64,000 nt of DNA. Origin: Polyangiales bacterium (GTDB lineage: Bacteria > Myxococcota_A > Polyangia > Polyangiales > Ga0077539). Positions 46,500-56,344 of the stretch are shown here, piece after piece (within the stretch, counting starts at the first letter, position 1; every line of letters begins with the position of its first letter). The translations under genes were made by a program, and so were the position numbers. Below the pieces are notes generated by a model that worked only from the letters and a program-made list of their open reading frames with translations, was not told where the DNA came from and ran no database searches. Where the stretch lies: the NCBI GenBank assembly GCA_044229975.1, contig JBGARZ010000002.1, forward strand, positions 704,001-768,000, given 5' to 3'.

Positions 46500-46523
46500 C
46501 TTCGCACGCCGCGGAGGCGGGCG

Positions 46524-47939
46524 TCAGCCGAAGGCGAGGCGCATCAGCGTGAAGAGCACGCCGGCGAGCACCATGGTGACCGGGAGGGTTAGCACCCAGG
46601 CGATGGCGATGTTGCGAACGGTGCTGCGCTGGATGCCGCTGCCGTTGGCGACCATGGTCCCGGCGACGCCCGACGAGAGCACGTGGGTGGTGCTCACCGG
46701 GAGGCCGGTGGCGCTCGCGACGCCGATGGTGCTCGCGGCCACGAGCTCGGCGCAGGCGCCCTGGGCATAGGTGAGGTGCGACTTGCCGATCTTCTCGCCG
46801 ACGGTGACGACGATGCGCCGCCAGCCGACCATGGTGCCGATGCCGAGCGCGAGCGCGATGGCGAGCTTGACCCACGACGGCGCATAGTCGGTGAGGCCGC
46901 GGAGGGCCTTGCGCTGGGCGGCGAGCGCCCGGCTCTCGTCGGCGGAGAGCCCCATCCCATTGCGCTTCACCAGCGCCTCCAGGGACTTGTCGGCGACGAG
47001 GATCTCCTCGCGCACGGCGAAGCGATCGGCGCGGGGGATGTCGGCGACGGAAAGGCGGCCCGTGAGGCGCCGACGAACGCCGTCGAGCTGCGCGCGCACC
47101 ACGACGGCGTCGTGGGAGGGCCGGTCGCCGCCGCGGCTGGTGACGGTGAGCTCGATGGCGTCGACGGCGCGGAGCGTGCGCTGGAGGTCGGCCTGCGTCG
47201 CGCCCGCGTCGAGCGAGAAGCCCGCGGGGATGATGGCGATGAGGATGAGCATCACGAGCCCGACGCCCTTCTGGCCGTCGTTGGAGCCGTGCGCCAGGCT
47301 GACCCCGGAGCAGGTCGCGATGAGCAGCGCGCGGATGGCAGGCGGCGGCGGGACGTCCTTCGCGGGCGGTTCGTCCATCGCGTGCGTGTTGCGAAACACC
47401 CGGCGCGCGACGAGCAGCAACAGGCCCGCGGCGAGGAAGCCGAATAGGGGCGAGATGATGAGCGAGAGCATGGTCTCGGCGACCTTGCCGAGGTTGATGC
47501 CCTGGCCGAAGACGTGGCCTGCGCGCATGGAGTTGGCGAGGCCGACGCCGATGATCGAGCCGATGAGGGTGTGGGAGCTCGACGCGGGGATGCCGAGGTA
47601 CCAGGTGCCGAGGTTCCAGAGGATGGCGGAGAGCAGCAGCGAGAGGATGGTCGCGATGCCGATGCCCGATCCGCCGGCGACCACCAGGTCGAGCGGCAGG
47701 AGTTTGATGATGCCCATGGCGACGGAGATGCCGCCGATGAGCACGCCGCTGAAGTTGAAGAACGCCGAGAGCACCACCGCCGTCGTCGGCTTGAGCGCGT
47801 GCGTGTAGATCACCGTCGCCACGGCGTTGGCCGTGTCGTGGAAACCGTTCACGAACTCGAACCCGAGCGCGATGGCGAGGCACAGGAAGAGGAGCAGCGC
47901 GCTCCCAGTGCTCAGTCCGTGGTTGAAGAGTTCGTTCAT
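46524..47939 (-). CDS. pit: Inorganic phosphate transporter, PiT family
   Basis: GFHDTANAVAT, PASSSH, HGSNDGQK, GLPVSTTH. Confidence 0.95.
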   Translation of the reverse strand: MNELFNHGLSTGSALLLFLCLAIALGFEFVNGFHDTANAVATVIYTHALKPTTAVVLSAFFNFSGVLIGGISVAMGIIKLLPLDLVVAGGSGIGIATILSLLLSAILWNLGTWYLGIPASSSHTLIGSIIGVGLANSMRAGHVFGQGINLGKVAETMLSLIISPLFGFLAAGLLLLVARRVFRNTHAMDEPPAKDVPPPPAIRALLIATCSGVSLAHGSNDGQKGVGLVMLILIAIIPAGFSLDAGATQADLQRTLRAVDAIELTVTSRGGDRPSHDAVVVRAQLDGVRRRLTGRLSVADIPRADRFAVREEILVADKSLEALVKRNGMGLSADESRALAAQRKALRGLTDYAPSWVKLAIALALGIGTMVGWRRIVVTVGEKIGKSHLTYAQGACAELVAASTIGVASATGLPVSTTHVLSSGVAGTMVANGSGIQRSTVRNIAIAWVLTLPVTMVLAGVLFTLMRLAFG

Positions 47940-48074
47940 CCGAGCGACCGCCTCGTTACCTTTCCCGGCGCGCGGAGTCACCTGTGGACTCCTCGCGGCC
48001 TCGCCAATGCGGGCGGAGGATAGAGGGTTCCCGTGGCGGAACGGTGACAACGCTACTCGGGCGGGCGAGACAAT

Positions 48075-49010
48075 TCAGTTGCATCGGTGCGGATGACACC
48101 CCGCTGGGTCACCCGAGGCCCGGGCCGACATCCCAAATGCCCCCGTCACGTCGCACGCCCAGAACGCGGGTTCGGCCAGCGCACCCGGCGCCACCGCGCG
48201 ATGGATGCCACAGGCGCACGTGCCGTCCCGCCGTGCGTAGCAGAGCTCGATGTCCGCGGGGACGTCGCAGTTGTTGCGCACCCTCACCTCCACGCTGTCG
48301 ACGTCGGCGCAGTGGGTTCCTCGCACGCCCGACACCGCCGCGACGCAGCCATCGAGGCTGACGCACGCCGATCGCAACGTCGTCCCGCACTCCGCCCGAC
48401 TGGCCGCGCACGCGGGCACTCCGCCCGTCGTCATCGCGCAGCACGTCCGCCCGCAGTCGTCGTCTCCCGAGCAGTTGACGAGACACGTCGGCGCCCCCTC
48501 CGACCAAACGCAGCTCCGCCCGTCGCCGCACGGCGGAGAGCAACCGCGACCCGCGGGAGACCCTGGAAGACAGCGGTACAGCTCCGACGGGGCACACACC
48601 CGACGCAGACCGTCCGCACCGTCCGAGAGCTCGACGCAGCAACCCGACTCGCAGTCGACGTTGGCCTCGCACGAGACGGCGCAGCCCACGCCGTCGCGCC
48701 CCCAGTCGACGCACGCGTCGTCGAGGGTGCACGACCCGCTCCCGCAGCGGAGGCGCCCGCCCACACCCACCAGCCAGCGCGCGTCGACGCACGCACCGTC
48801 GGTCGCGCCCGCCGGGCCAGCGCAGATGGTGAGCCCGCCGTCGCCCGTGGGGCACCTCGTCGCGGCCGTGCACTGCGCCCCGCAACGGCAGTCACCCTCG
48901 GCGCGACACGCGAGCACCTCGCCGCTCGGACACGGGGCGGACGCCGGATCGCCACCGCCGCACCCGACGATCAGCAGCGCAAGCCATCGCATCGACCGCA
49001 TCGCCTTCAT
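48075..49010 (-). CDS. Cysteine-rich lipoprotein
   Basis: Lipobox IVGC; 39 Cys by manual count, with a duplicated Cys module. Confidence 0.75.
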   Translation of the reverse strand: MKAMRSMRWLALLIVGCGGGDPASAPCPSGEVLACRAEGDCRCGAQCTAATRCPTGDGGLTICAGPAGATDGACVDARWLVGVGGRLRCGSGSCTLDDACVDWGRDGVGCAVSCEANVDCESGCCVELSDGADGLRRVCAPSELYRCLPGSPAGRGCSPPCGDGRSCVWSEGAPTCLVNCSGDDDCGRTCCAMTTGGVPACAASRAECGTTLRSACVSLDGCVAAVSGVRGTHCADVDSVEVRVRNNCDVPADIELCYARRDGTCACGIHRAVAPGALAEPAFWACDVTGAFGMSARASGDPAGCHPHRCN

Positions 49011-49078
49011 GCGCGCCCATGGAATGGCACATCGCCATCGCGTGTCGAGCCCGACGGACGACTGATAGAGTCCGCGGT

Positions 49079-51172
49079 GTGTCAGGTGTCGTCGACCGCC
49101 GGTTCGTCGTTGGACTCGGGGTCGTACTCGGGGCCGCGCTGCTCACCTTCGCCCCGTCGCTGCTCGGTGACTTCGTCTGGGACGACCAGCTCCTCATCGT
49201 CACCAACGAGCGGGTGCGTCACCTCGGCGAGCTGCCCCACGTCTTCAACCGCAGCTTCTGGGACATCTCCCTCGCCAGCGCCGACGTCCGCGGCGGGTCC
49301 TACTACCGCCCGCTCATCGCGGCCGCGATCGTGCTGGAGTTCCAGCTGTTCGGGCTGCGTGCGTGGGGCTACCACGCGGTCAACGTCGCGCTCCATCTGG
49401 CGTGCACGGCACTCGCCGCGCGGTGGCTCCTCACCCGACTGCGCGAGGACGATCCGGCCGCTCCTTCACCTGTCGCGGCCGCGCTCATCGGAGCGGCGCT
49501 CTTCGCGGTGCACCCCAGCCGCGTCGAGTCCGTCGCCTGGATCTCCGGCTGCACCGACCTCTGGGCCACCCTCTTCGCCCTCGGCGCTCTGTCGGTCTGG
49601 CAGCGCTCGTCGGGTGCTCGCGGTGCCGCCCTCGCGGCGGCGCTCACCCTCGCGGCGGCGCTGTGCAAGGAGTCGGTGCTGCTGCTGCCAATGTTCCTTG
49701 TGGTCGAGCGTCGTCGTCGACCGTGGCGTGACCTCGCGCTCCCGGTCCTCGCCGTCGCGCTCGTCGTCGTCGCGCGCTTCGCCGCCCTGGGGGTAACCGC
49801 GGTCAACCCGTCGGCCGATGAGCCCACGGTCTCCGCCATCGCGCGCGTTCTGTCCTCCGTCGGTCACCTCGCGCGACTCGTCATCGCCCCTTGGCCACCG
49901 ACGGTGATGCCCGCGTTCTTCCGCTTCGACGCTGCAGGGGCGCTCGTCTACGAATCATGGTCGGTCGCGCTGGGTGCTGCCTGCGTCGTCGTCACCCTCG
50001 CGCTGTGGATCGCGTCGCGACGGCGTCCCTCCCTCGCCCCGTGGTCCCGCGACCTCGCCCTCGTCGCGCTCGCGCTGCTGCCGGCGATCAACCTCGTTCC
50101 GCTGCGGCTCCAATCGCTCGTCTCGCCGCGCTTCCTCTACCTCCCGATGCTCGGCGTCGCGGCGCTCGTCGCCCGCGCGCTCTCCCGCGTCCCCACGGCG
50201 CAGACCCGCGTGGCCACCCTCGCGAGCGGTGCGGCGCTGGTGCTCTGCGCGTCACTGGTCGTCCAACACACGGCTGCCTTCGCGTCGTCGGCCGACCTCT
50301 GGTCCTGGGAGGTCGACCAGAACCCCGACAACCACTTCGCCCTCAAGGCCCTGTCCATCGCTCGCACGCGACAGCACCGCCCCGACCAGGCGCTGCAACT
50401 CTCCCTCCGCGCCTTCGCCGCGGCCGGGCGCCTTCACGCCCACCAGGCGCAGGTCGATCGCGCGCTCGATGTCGTCAGTCGCCTGAGCGACCTCACCCCC
50501 GAGGCCGACCAGGCCACCCTCACCGCGATTCGCACCTTCCTTGAGGCGTTTGCCCCCGATCGCTCGGGCCCCGCAGAGCTCACGACCCGCACCCTCCACC
50601 TGCGCCTCGCGCTCAACGCCGCCGACCGCGACGGGCGCGTTCGACATGCGTGGCGCATCCCGTACGCGATCGCCCTCGCCCGCACGCTCCGCTACCGGGA
50701 GGCCGAGGAGACGCTGCGAACCATCGTGCGCGACCAGCCCCGCGACTCGCTCGCGTGGCGCAACCTCCTCCTCGTCACCGCCTGCCAGGAGCGATGGGAC
50801 GACGCGGCCACCGCGTGCGCCCCTGCCCTCGCCGCCAACCCGACGGACGCCGGCGCCCGTCACCTGTGCGACGCGATCGCGACCGCCGCGCGAACTTCGC
50901 GAAGCCTCCCCGCCGACCCCGTCAACGCCCTCGTCACGCGGAGCAACCTGCTCCTCTCGGTCGGCGCACGGGAGCTGGTCCGCCGCCTGGTCGGTCCCGC
51001 CGCGGCGATTCACCCTGACCGCCGCGACCTCGCGTTGCTCCTCGTGAGGGCAGACCTCGCCGATGGGCTCCTCGACCGCGCGCGCGGACAACTCGACGCA
51101 CTCCGCCCTCTCGGGTCGACGCCCGAGACCAATGCGATCCGTGCGGAGCTCGATCGCCGCAGCGGTCGGTGA
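49079..51172 (+). CDS. TMTC-like GT-C glycosyltransferase (putative protein O-mannosyltransferase) with TPR C-terminus
   Basis: DFVWDD, YYRPL, YHAVNVALH, FAVHPSRVESVAWISG, CKES, RFLYLP; many TM segments followed by TPR-like helices. Confidence 0.82.
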   Translation: MSGVVDRRFVVGLGVVLGAALLTFAPSLLGDFVWDDQLLIVTNERVRHLGELPHVFNRSFWDISLASADVRGGSYYRPLIAAAIVLEFQLFGLRAWGYHAVNVALHLACTALAARWLLTRLREDDPAAPSPVAAALIGAALFAVHPSRVESVAWISGCTDLWATLFALGALSVWQRSSGARGAALAAALTLAAALCKESVLLLPMFLVVERRRRPWRDLALPVLAVALVVVARFAALGVTAVNPSADEPTVSAIARVLSSVGHLARLVIAPWPPTVMPAFFRFDAAGALVYESWSVALGAACVVVTLALWIASRRRPSLAPWSRDLALVALALLPAINLVPLRLQSLVSPRFLYLPMLGVAALVARALSRVPTAQTRVATLASGAALVLCASLVVQHTAAFASSADLWSWEVDQNPDNHFALKALSIARTRQHRPDQALQLSLRAFAAAGRLHAHQAQVDRALDVVSRLSDLTPEADQATLTAIRTFLEAFAPDRSGPAELTTRTLHLRLALNAADRDGRVRHAWRIPYAIALARTLRYREAEETLRTIVRDQPRDSLAWRNLLLVTACQERWDDAATACAPALAANPTDAGARHLCDAIATAARTSRSLPADPVNALVTRSNLLLSVGARELVRRLVGPAAAIHPDRRDLALLLVRADLADGLLDRARGQLDALRPLGSTPETNAIRAELDRRSGR

Positions 51173-51187
51173 CGGTATAGTCGCGGC

Positions 51188-52438
51188 GTGAACCGCCCAC
51201 GCATCCTGGTGCTGCTCGCAGGGTACGCCCTCGCGGGATGTGACGACGCTCCCACTCCGTCGACCGACGCCGCAACGACCGACGTCGTGATCGCCAACGA
51301 CCTCGGAGACGCCGCGAGCGATGCGACCATCGCCGAGGACGTCGCGACGGTGGACGATCTCCCGGTCGCTCCACGCGATGTGATCCCGCCCGTCGACCTC
51401 GGCTCAGGGCCCCTCGATCCGACGAGCTGGCCCGTTGATCGTGCCGGTCCGTACCGCGTCGGCTACCGAACCTTCCCGCACACGTACACGCCGCGCGGGT
51501 CGACGACGCCACGCACCATCCCGCTCCACGTCTGGTACCCGACGCTCGTCGCCGAGGGGCGCACGCCGACGTACGCGCTCATCTTCCCCGACCGCGAGTC
51601 GTACATCGACGCGCCGCCCGCTCCGCCGGCGCACCCGCGCGGCTACCCCGTGCACGTCTACTCGCACGGACACCGCGGCTTCGGCCCGACCAGCGCCTTC
51701 CTCATGCGCTACTTCGCGTCGCACGGATGGCTCTGCGTCGCGCCCGATCACACGGGCAACACACTGCTGGAGTCGCCCGACCCGCGACCCATCCAGATCT
51801 ACTACTATCGCTCGCTCGACGTGAGCGCCGCGCTCGACGCCGTCTCCAACCTCCCGTCGACCGACCCCCTCTCGGGCCGCCTCGACACGCGCGCGGCGCT
51901 GCTCTCCGGCCACTCCTTCGGGACGCACACCGTCTGGGCCAGCGCGGGCGCCACCTTCGATCTCAACGCGCTCAGCCCGATGTGCACCACCGCCAACAAT
52001 TGCCGCCCGGCCGACCTCGACGAGTTCCGCCGTGGGGTCGCGGACCCACGCTTCACCGCGGTGATTCCAATGGCGGGCGCCATCAGCCGCGACTGGTTCG
52101 GCCCCGCCGGGCACGAGTCGGTGCGCGTCCCGGTCTTCGCCATGAGCGGCACCGACGACCCCGTCGGCGCCGACACGCAGTTCATGACCACCGCCGGCGT
52201 CGACCTCACGTGGATCGACGTCCGCAACGGCTGCCACCAGTTCTTCGCGCTGGGGCACTGCCCCCTCATCGACGACTCGCTCCAGGCGCCAATCGTCGGC
52301 ACCTACGCCCTCGCGTTCGCGCGACGTCACCTCCTCGGCGACACCAGTTCGACCACCTTGGGCATCCTCGATGGCAGCCGTCCGGTGCATGAGCGGGTGA
52401 CATTCCGCAGGCACGGGCCATCGACCCGCGACGAGTGA
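51188..52438 (+). CDS. Lipoprotein alpha/beta hydrolase
   Basis: Lipobox LAGC; VWYP, YSHG, LCVAPDH, GHSFG nucleophile elbow, GTDD, CHQFF. Confidence 0.85.
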   Translation: MNRPRILVLLAGYALAGCDDAPTPSTDAATTDVVIANDLGDAASDATIAEDVATVDDLPVAPRDVIPPVDLGSGPLDPTSWPVDRAGPYRVGYRTFPHTYTPRGSTTPRTIPLHVWYPTLVAEGRTPTYALIFPDRESYIDAPPAPPAHPRGYPVHVYSHGHRGFGPTSAFLMRYFASHGWLCVAPDHTGNTLLESPDPRPIQIYYYRSLDVSAALDAVSNLPSTDPLSGRLDTRAALLSGHSFGTHTVWASAGATFDLNALSPMCTTANNCRPADLDEFRRGVADPRFTAVIPMAGAISRDWFGPAGHESVRVPVFAMSGTDDPVGADTQFMTTAGVDLTWIDVRNGCHQFFALGHCPLIDDSLQAPIVGTYALAFARRHLLGDTSSTTLGILDGSRPVHERVTFRRHGPSTRDE

Positions 52439-52494
52439 TGGGGCAATTGTTGTCTATACTCGCGACGTTCATTCCCGCCGCACGGAGGTCTCCC

Positions 52495-54156
52495 TTGCGC
52501 CCCGCCCATCGCTGGTCCCTCGCCCTCGCCGCGCTGTTTGTGGCTTCGTGCAACGAGACGCCGACGCCAATGGCGACCCCTGATGCAGGCGTCGCGCAGC
52601 CCCCCGCGAGCGTGGCGTTTACGCCGGTCGAGCCGGTGCTTCGTCGGCTCACCCGCGCGCAGTACATCAACACGATCCACGACCTCTTCGGCGACGACGT
52701 GCTCATCTCGCGTCCCACCGAACCCGACGTCCCGCTCGAAGGGTCCATCTCCGTCGCCGCGGCCACCACGAGCCTCTCGCCGCGCGGCGTTGAGCAGTAC
52801 GAGGCCCTCGCCTACGACCTCGCCGAACAGCTCCTGCGCAACGAGGCCCGCCGCGCCCGCGTCGTCCCCTGCACGCCCACCGCCACCACCGATCCGGTCT
52901 GTGCCGATCGCTTCGTGCGCGAGGCCGGTCGACGCCTCTGGCGACGCCCGCTCACGGACGCCGAAGCGACCGCGCTCGTGACTCTCGCGGGCAACGCCGC
53001 CACCACGCTCACCGACTTCCACCGGGGCCTCGAATACGCGCTCTCGGCGATGCTCCAGTCGCCGCACTTCCTCTTCCGCGCTGAGCTCGCCGAGCCTGCC
53101 GTGGCCGGCGAGCCAGCGCGCTTCAGCCCCTTCTCCCTCGCCTCGCGCCTCGCCTTCTTCCTCTGGAACGGTCCCGCCGACGACGCCCTCCTCACCGCCG
53201 CGGCCGACGGGCGCCTCGCGACCGACGACGGCCTGCGCGCCGAGGTCGAGCGCATGATCGCCTCCCCGAAGCTCAACCGCGGGCTGCGCGCCTTCGTCTC
53301 CGAGTGGCTCGGTCTCCAGCGCCTCGATGAGGTCTCCAAAGACCCGACCATCTTCCCGTCGTTCGGCGCCGATGTCCCGGGCGCCGCTCGCGAAGAGACA
53401 CTCTCTCTCGCCGAGCACATCGCCCTCACCCGCGATTCTGACTTCCGCGACATCCTCGTGACCCGCGAGACCTTCCTCAACCGCCGCCTCGCGGCGATCT
53501 ACAACGTGCGCGCTCCCTCCGAGGTGCGGGCCGACGGCTTCGGCCTCGCCACGCTCGCCGAAGACTCCCCTCGTCGCGGTCTGCTCGGCCACCTGAGCGT
53601 GCTGGCCCTCGCCGCGCACCCGGTTTCCACCTCGCCCACGCTGCGCGGGAAGTTCGTCCGCGAGGCGCTGCTCTGCAACGAGATCCCGATGCCGCCGGTC
53701 AACGTCAACACCGCGCTCCCCGAACCGTCGCCGCAGCTCCGCACCATGCGCGAGCGGCTCCAGCGCCACCAGGCCGAGCCGTCGTGTGCCTCGTGCCACC
53801 TCCTGCTCGACCCCATCGGGCTCGCGCTCGAACACTTCGACGGCATGGGCCGCTACCGCCGCACCGACCAGGGCGCGACCCTCGATGCGAGCGGCAACCT
53901 CGACGGCGTGACCTACCGCGACGCGCTCGGGCTCGGCCAGACGGTGCGCGACTCGGTGGCCTTCCCGCGCTGCCTTACGACGCGCCTCTACCGCTTCGCC
54001 TACGGCCACCACGAGGCGGAGGGCGAAGAGGCCGAGATCGGGCGCCTCACCCAGGACTTCGCGTATGGCGGCTACCGCCTGCGCCGATTGATGTCGTCCA
54101 TCGCCACCAGCGTCGCCTTCCGCCGCGCCGACGGCACCACCGGGAGCAACCCGTGA
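52495..54156 (+). CDS. DUF1592/DUF1588-type multi-domain lipoprotein with CxxCH
   Basis: LRRLTRAQYINTIHDLFG, WRRPL, LQSPHFLFR, LASRLAFFLW, TSPTLRG, CASCH; GGAGG SD before TTG 52495; lipobox VASC. Confidence 0.88.
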   Translation: MRPAHRWSLALAALFVASCNETPTPMATPDAGVAQPPASVAFTPVEPVLRRLTRAQYINTIHDLFGDDVLISRPTEPDVPLEGSISVAAATTSLSPRGVEQYEALAYDLAEQLLRNEARRARVVPCTPTATTDPVCADRFVREAGRRLWRRPLTDAEATALVTLAGNAATTLTDFHRGLEYALSAMLQSPHFLFRAELAEPAVAGEPARFSPFSLASRLAFFLWNGPADDALLTAAADGRLATDDGLRAEVERMIASPKLNRGLRAFVSEWLGLQRLDEVSKDPTIFPSFGADVPGAAREETLSLAEHIALTRDSDFRDILVTRETFLNRRLAAIYNVRAPSEVRADGFGLATLAEDSPRRGLLGHLSVLALAAHPVSTSPTLRGKFVREALLCNEIPMPPVNVNTALPEPSPQLRTMRERLQRHQAEPSCASCHLLLDPIGLALEHFDGMGRYRRTDQGATLDASGNLDGVTYRDALGLGQTVRDSVAFPRCLTTRLYRFAYGHHEAEGEEAEIGRLTQDFAYGGYRLRRLMSSIATSVAFRRADGTTGSNP

Positions 54157-55463
54157 AGACCCGCATCCACCGACGAACGCTCCTCAAGGGTCTGCTGGGC
54201 GGGGCCGCGGTCTCCATCGGGCTGCCGCCGCTCGAGTGCTTCCTCAACACCACCGGCACGGCCTACGCGGGCGGCAGCGCGTTTCCCAAGCGCTTCGGGG
54301 TGTTCTTCTGGGGCAACGGCGTGCTCCCCGCCCGCTGGACGCCGACCGGCGAGGGCAACGACTACACGCTGTCGCCGCAGCTCATGCCGCTGGCCGACCT
54401 CAAGCCCGACCTCGCGGTCATCACCGCGACGCGCGTGCTCACCACCAACACCGCCCCGCACCTCTCCGGGCCGGCGGGCCTCTTCAGCGGCCAGGGCCTG
54501 CGCGGCGAGAGCTTCGCGAGCCCCAGCATCGACCAGGTCATCGCCGCCGAGCTCGGCGGCGAGACGCGCTTCCGCTCGCTGGAGATCGGCGTGCAGCGCT
54601 CCGACAACAGCTACTCGTACAGCGGCCCGAGCCAGGTGAACCCGCCGGAGACCTCGCCTCGCGCGCTCTTCAACCGCTTGTTCGGTGAGGGGTTTCGCCT
54701 GCCCGGCGAGATGACCATGGTCGACCCGCGGGTGCGCCTGCGCCGCAGTGTGCTCGACGCGGTGATGGGTCAGTCGTCCGACCTCCGCAACCGCCTCGGC
54801 GCCACCGACCGCGCGCGCCTCGACCAGCACCTCGAAGGCGTGCGCGGCCTCGAACGCCAGATCGCCCGCCTCGAAGAGAACCCGCCCAACCTCGCCGCGT
54901 GCCGCCGCCCCGACATGCCCGCGGAGATGTTCCCCGACGTCGACGGTCGCCCGCAGATGTCGGCCATCTCGCACGCCATGTCCGATCTCATGGCGATGGC
55001 CCTCGCGTGCGACCAGACCCGCGTGTTCTTCAACATGTACAGCCAGTCGGTGAACAACACGCTCTTCCCCGCGGCGCCCGCGGGTCACCACCAGCTCACC
55101 CACGACGAGCCCGGCGACCAGCCGCAGGTCGACGCCATCGTGCGGCTCATCATGGCCGACCTCGCGTACTTCCTCACCGCGCTGCGCAACGTGCAGGAGG
55201 GCGATGGCAACGTGCTGAAGCACTCCATCATCCTGTGCACCACCGACTGCTCCTACGGGCGCTCGCACTCGCTCGACGACTACCCCATCGTCATCGCGGG
55301 CAGCGGCGGCGGCGCGCTCCGCACGGGGCATCACGTCGTCGCGCGCGGCGAAAACTCCAGCAAGGTGATGCTCTCCATCCTTCGCGCGATGGGCGTGCGA
55401 GCGAGCGAGTACGGCCTCGGCGCCGGACGCACCACCGACGCGCTCCCGGGGTTGTCGCCATGA
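54153..55463 (+). CDS. DUF1552 family protein with Tat-like signal
   Basis: IHRRTLLKG, SIDQVIA, RRSVLD, ALACDQTRV, HHQLTH; GTGA overlap. Confidence 0.88.
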   Translation: MKTRIHRRTLLKGLLGGAAVSIGLPPLECFLNTTGTAYAGGSAFPKRFGVFFWGNGVLPARWTPTGEGNDYTLSPQLMPLADLKPDLAVITATRVLTTNTAPHLSGPAGLFSGQGLRGESFASPSIDQVIAAELGGETRFRSLEIGVQRSDNSYSYSGPSQVNPPETSPRALFNRLFGEGFRLPGEMTMVDPRVRLRRSVLDAVMGQSSDLRNRLGATDRARLDQHLEGVRGLERQIARLEENPPNLAACRRPDMPAEMFPDVDGRPQMSAISHAMSDLMAMALACDQTRVFFNMYSQSVNNTLFPAAPAGHHQLTHDEPGDQPQVDAIVRLIMADLAYFLTALRNVQEGDGNVLKHSIILCTTDCSYGRSHSLDDYPIVIAGSGGGALRTGHHVVARGENSSKVMLSILRAMGVRASEYGLGAGRTTDALPGLSP

Positions 55464-56338
55464 AGGTCCTCTCCCGCTTCGCCCTCCTACCGATGCTCGT
55501 CACGGCCCTTGGCTGTGGGGGCGACGTCGACGCGCCCGATCCCTTCGCGGGCCCGGTTCCGGCCACGTGTCCGACCACGGGTGGCGAGCAGTCCATGGTG
55601 CTCACGCGCCTCGTGCTGTTGAAGCAGGAGCCCGCCGGCGTGTCGCCGGGCTTCGACCTCGACGGGCGCGTCAGCGGCAGCGACGACACGGCCTCGTGCC
55701 GACGACGCGACCTCACCTCCCCCGAAGGAACGCCCGGCATCGACAACCAGTTCTCACTGCTGGTCCCCGCGCTGGAGACCGCCACCGCGGGCGCGCTCCC
55801 GGCGCTGCTTCAGGCCGCCATCAACAACGGCCAGCTCATGATCGCGATCTCCATCGAGGGCCTCGACGACCGTCGCAACGACCCCTGCGTCACGCTGGTC
55901 TTCCGCCGTGTGTCGGGCTCCCCCTTCGTCGGCAGCGACATGCGCATCGACCCGGGTCAGACCTTCGACACGATGCGCGACCAGGCCATCACCAGGGTGT
56001 CCGCACGCATGCGCGACGGCGTCATCGAGGCGGGGCCGTTCTTCCTCCCGCTGCCCTTTGCGGCGCTCGATGCTCGCTTCATCATCCCGCTGTCCAACGC
56101 CCGCGTGCGCCTCCGCCTGAAGGACGACGACACCTTCGACGGCGTCGTCGGCGGCGCCATCCCGGCGGGCGAGATCATCACCATCGCCCAGGGCCTCACC
56201 ATCGGCGGCGACCTGATGAGCCTCGTGCAGCGCTTGGTGAACTCGCTCGTCGACCTCAACCCCGACGCCAACGGCAACTGCCAGTCCATCTCGGCGGCCC
56301 TCGGCTTCGAGGCCCGCCCCGCCTTCGTCAATCCGTAG
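55460..56338 (+). CDS. Hypothetical lipoprotein
   Basis: Lipobox ALGC; GFDLDG and GIDNQF; ATGA overlap. Confidence 0.75.
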   Translation: MKVLSRFALLPMLVTALGCGGDVDAPDPFAGPVPATCPTTGGEQSMVLTRLVLLKQEPAGVSPGFDLDGRVSGSDDTASCRRRDLTSPEGTPGIDNQFSLLVPALETATAGALPALLQAAINNGQLMIAISIEGLDDRRNDPCVTLVFRRVSGSPFVGSDMRIDPGQTFDTMRDQAITRVSARMRDGVIEAGPFFLPLPFAALDARFIIPLSNARVRLRLKDDDTFDGVVGGAIPAGEIITIAQGLTIGGDLMSLVQRLVNSLVDLNPDANGNCQSISAALGFEARPAFVNP

Positions 56339-56344
56339 CCTCCT

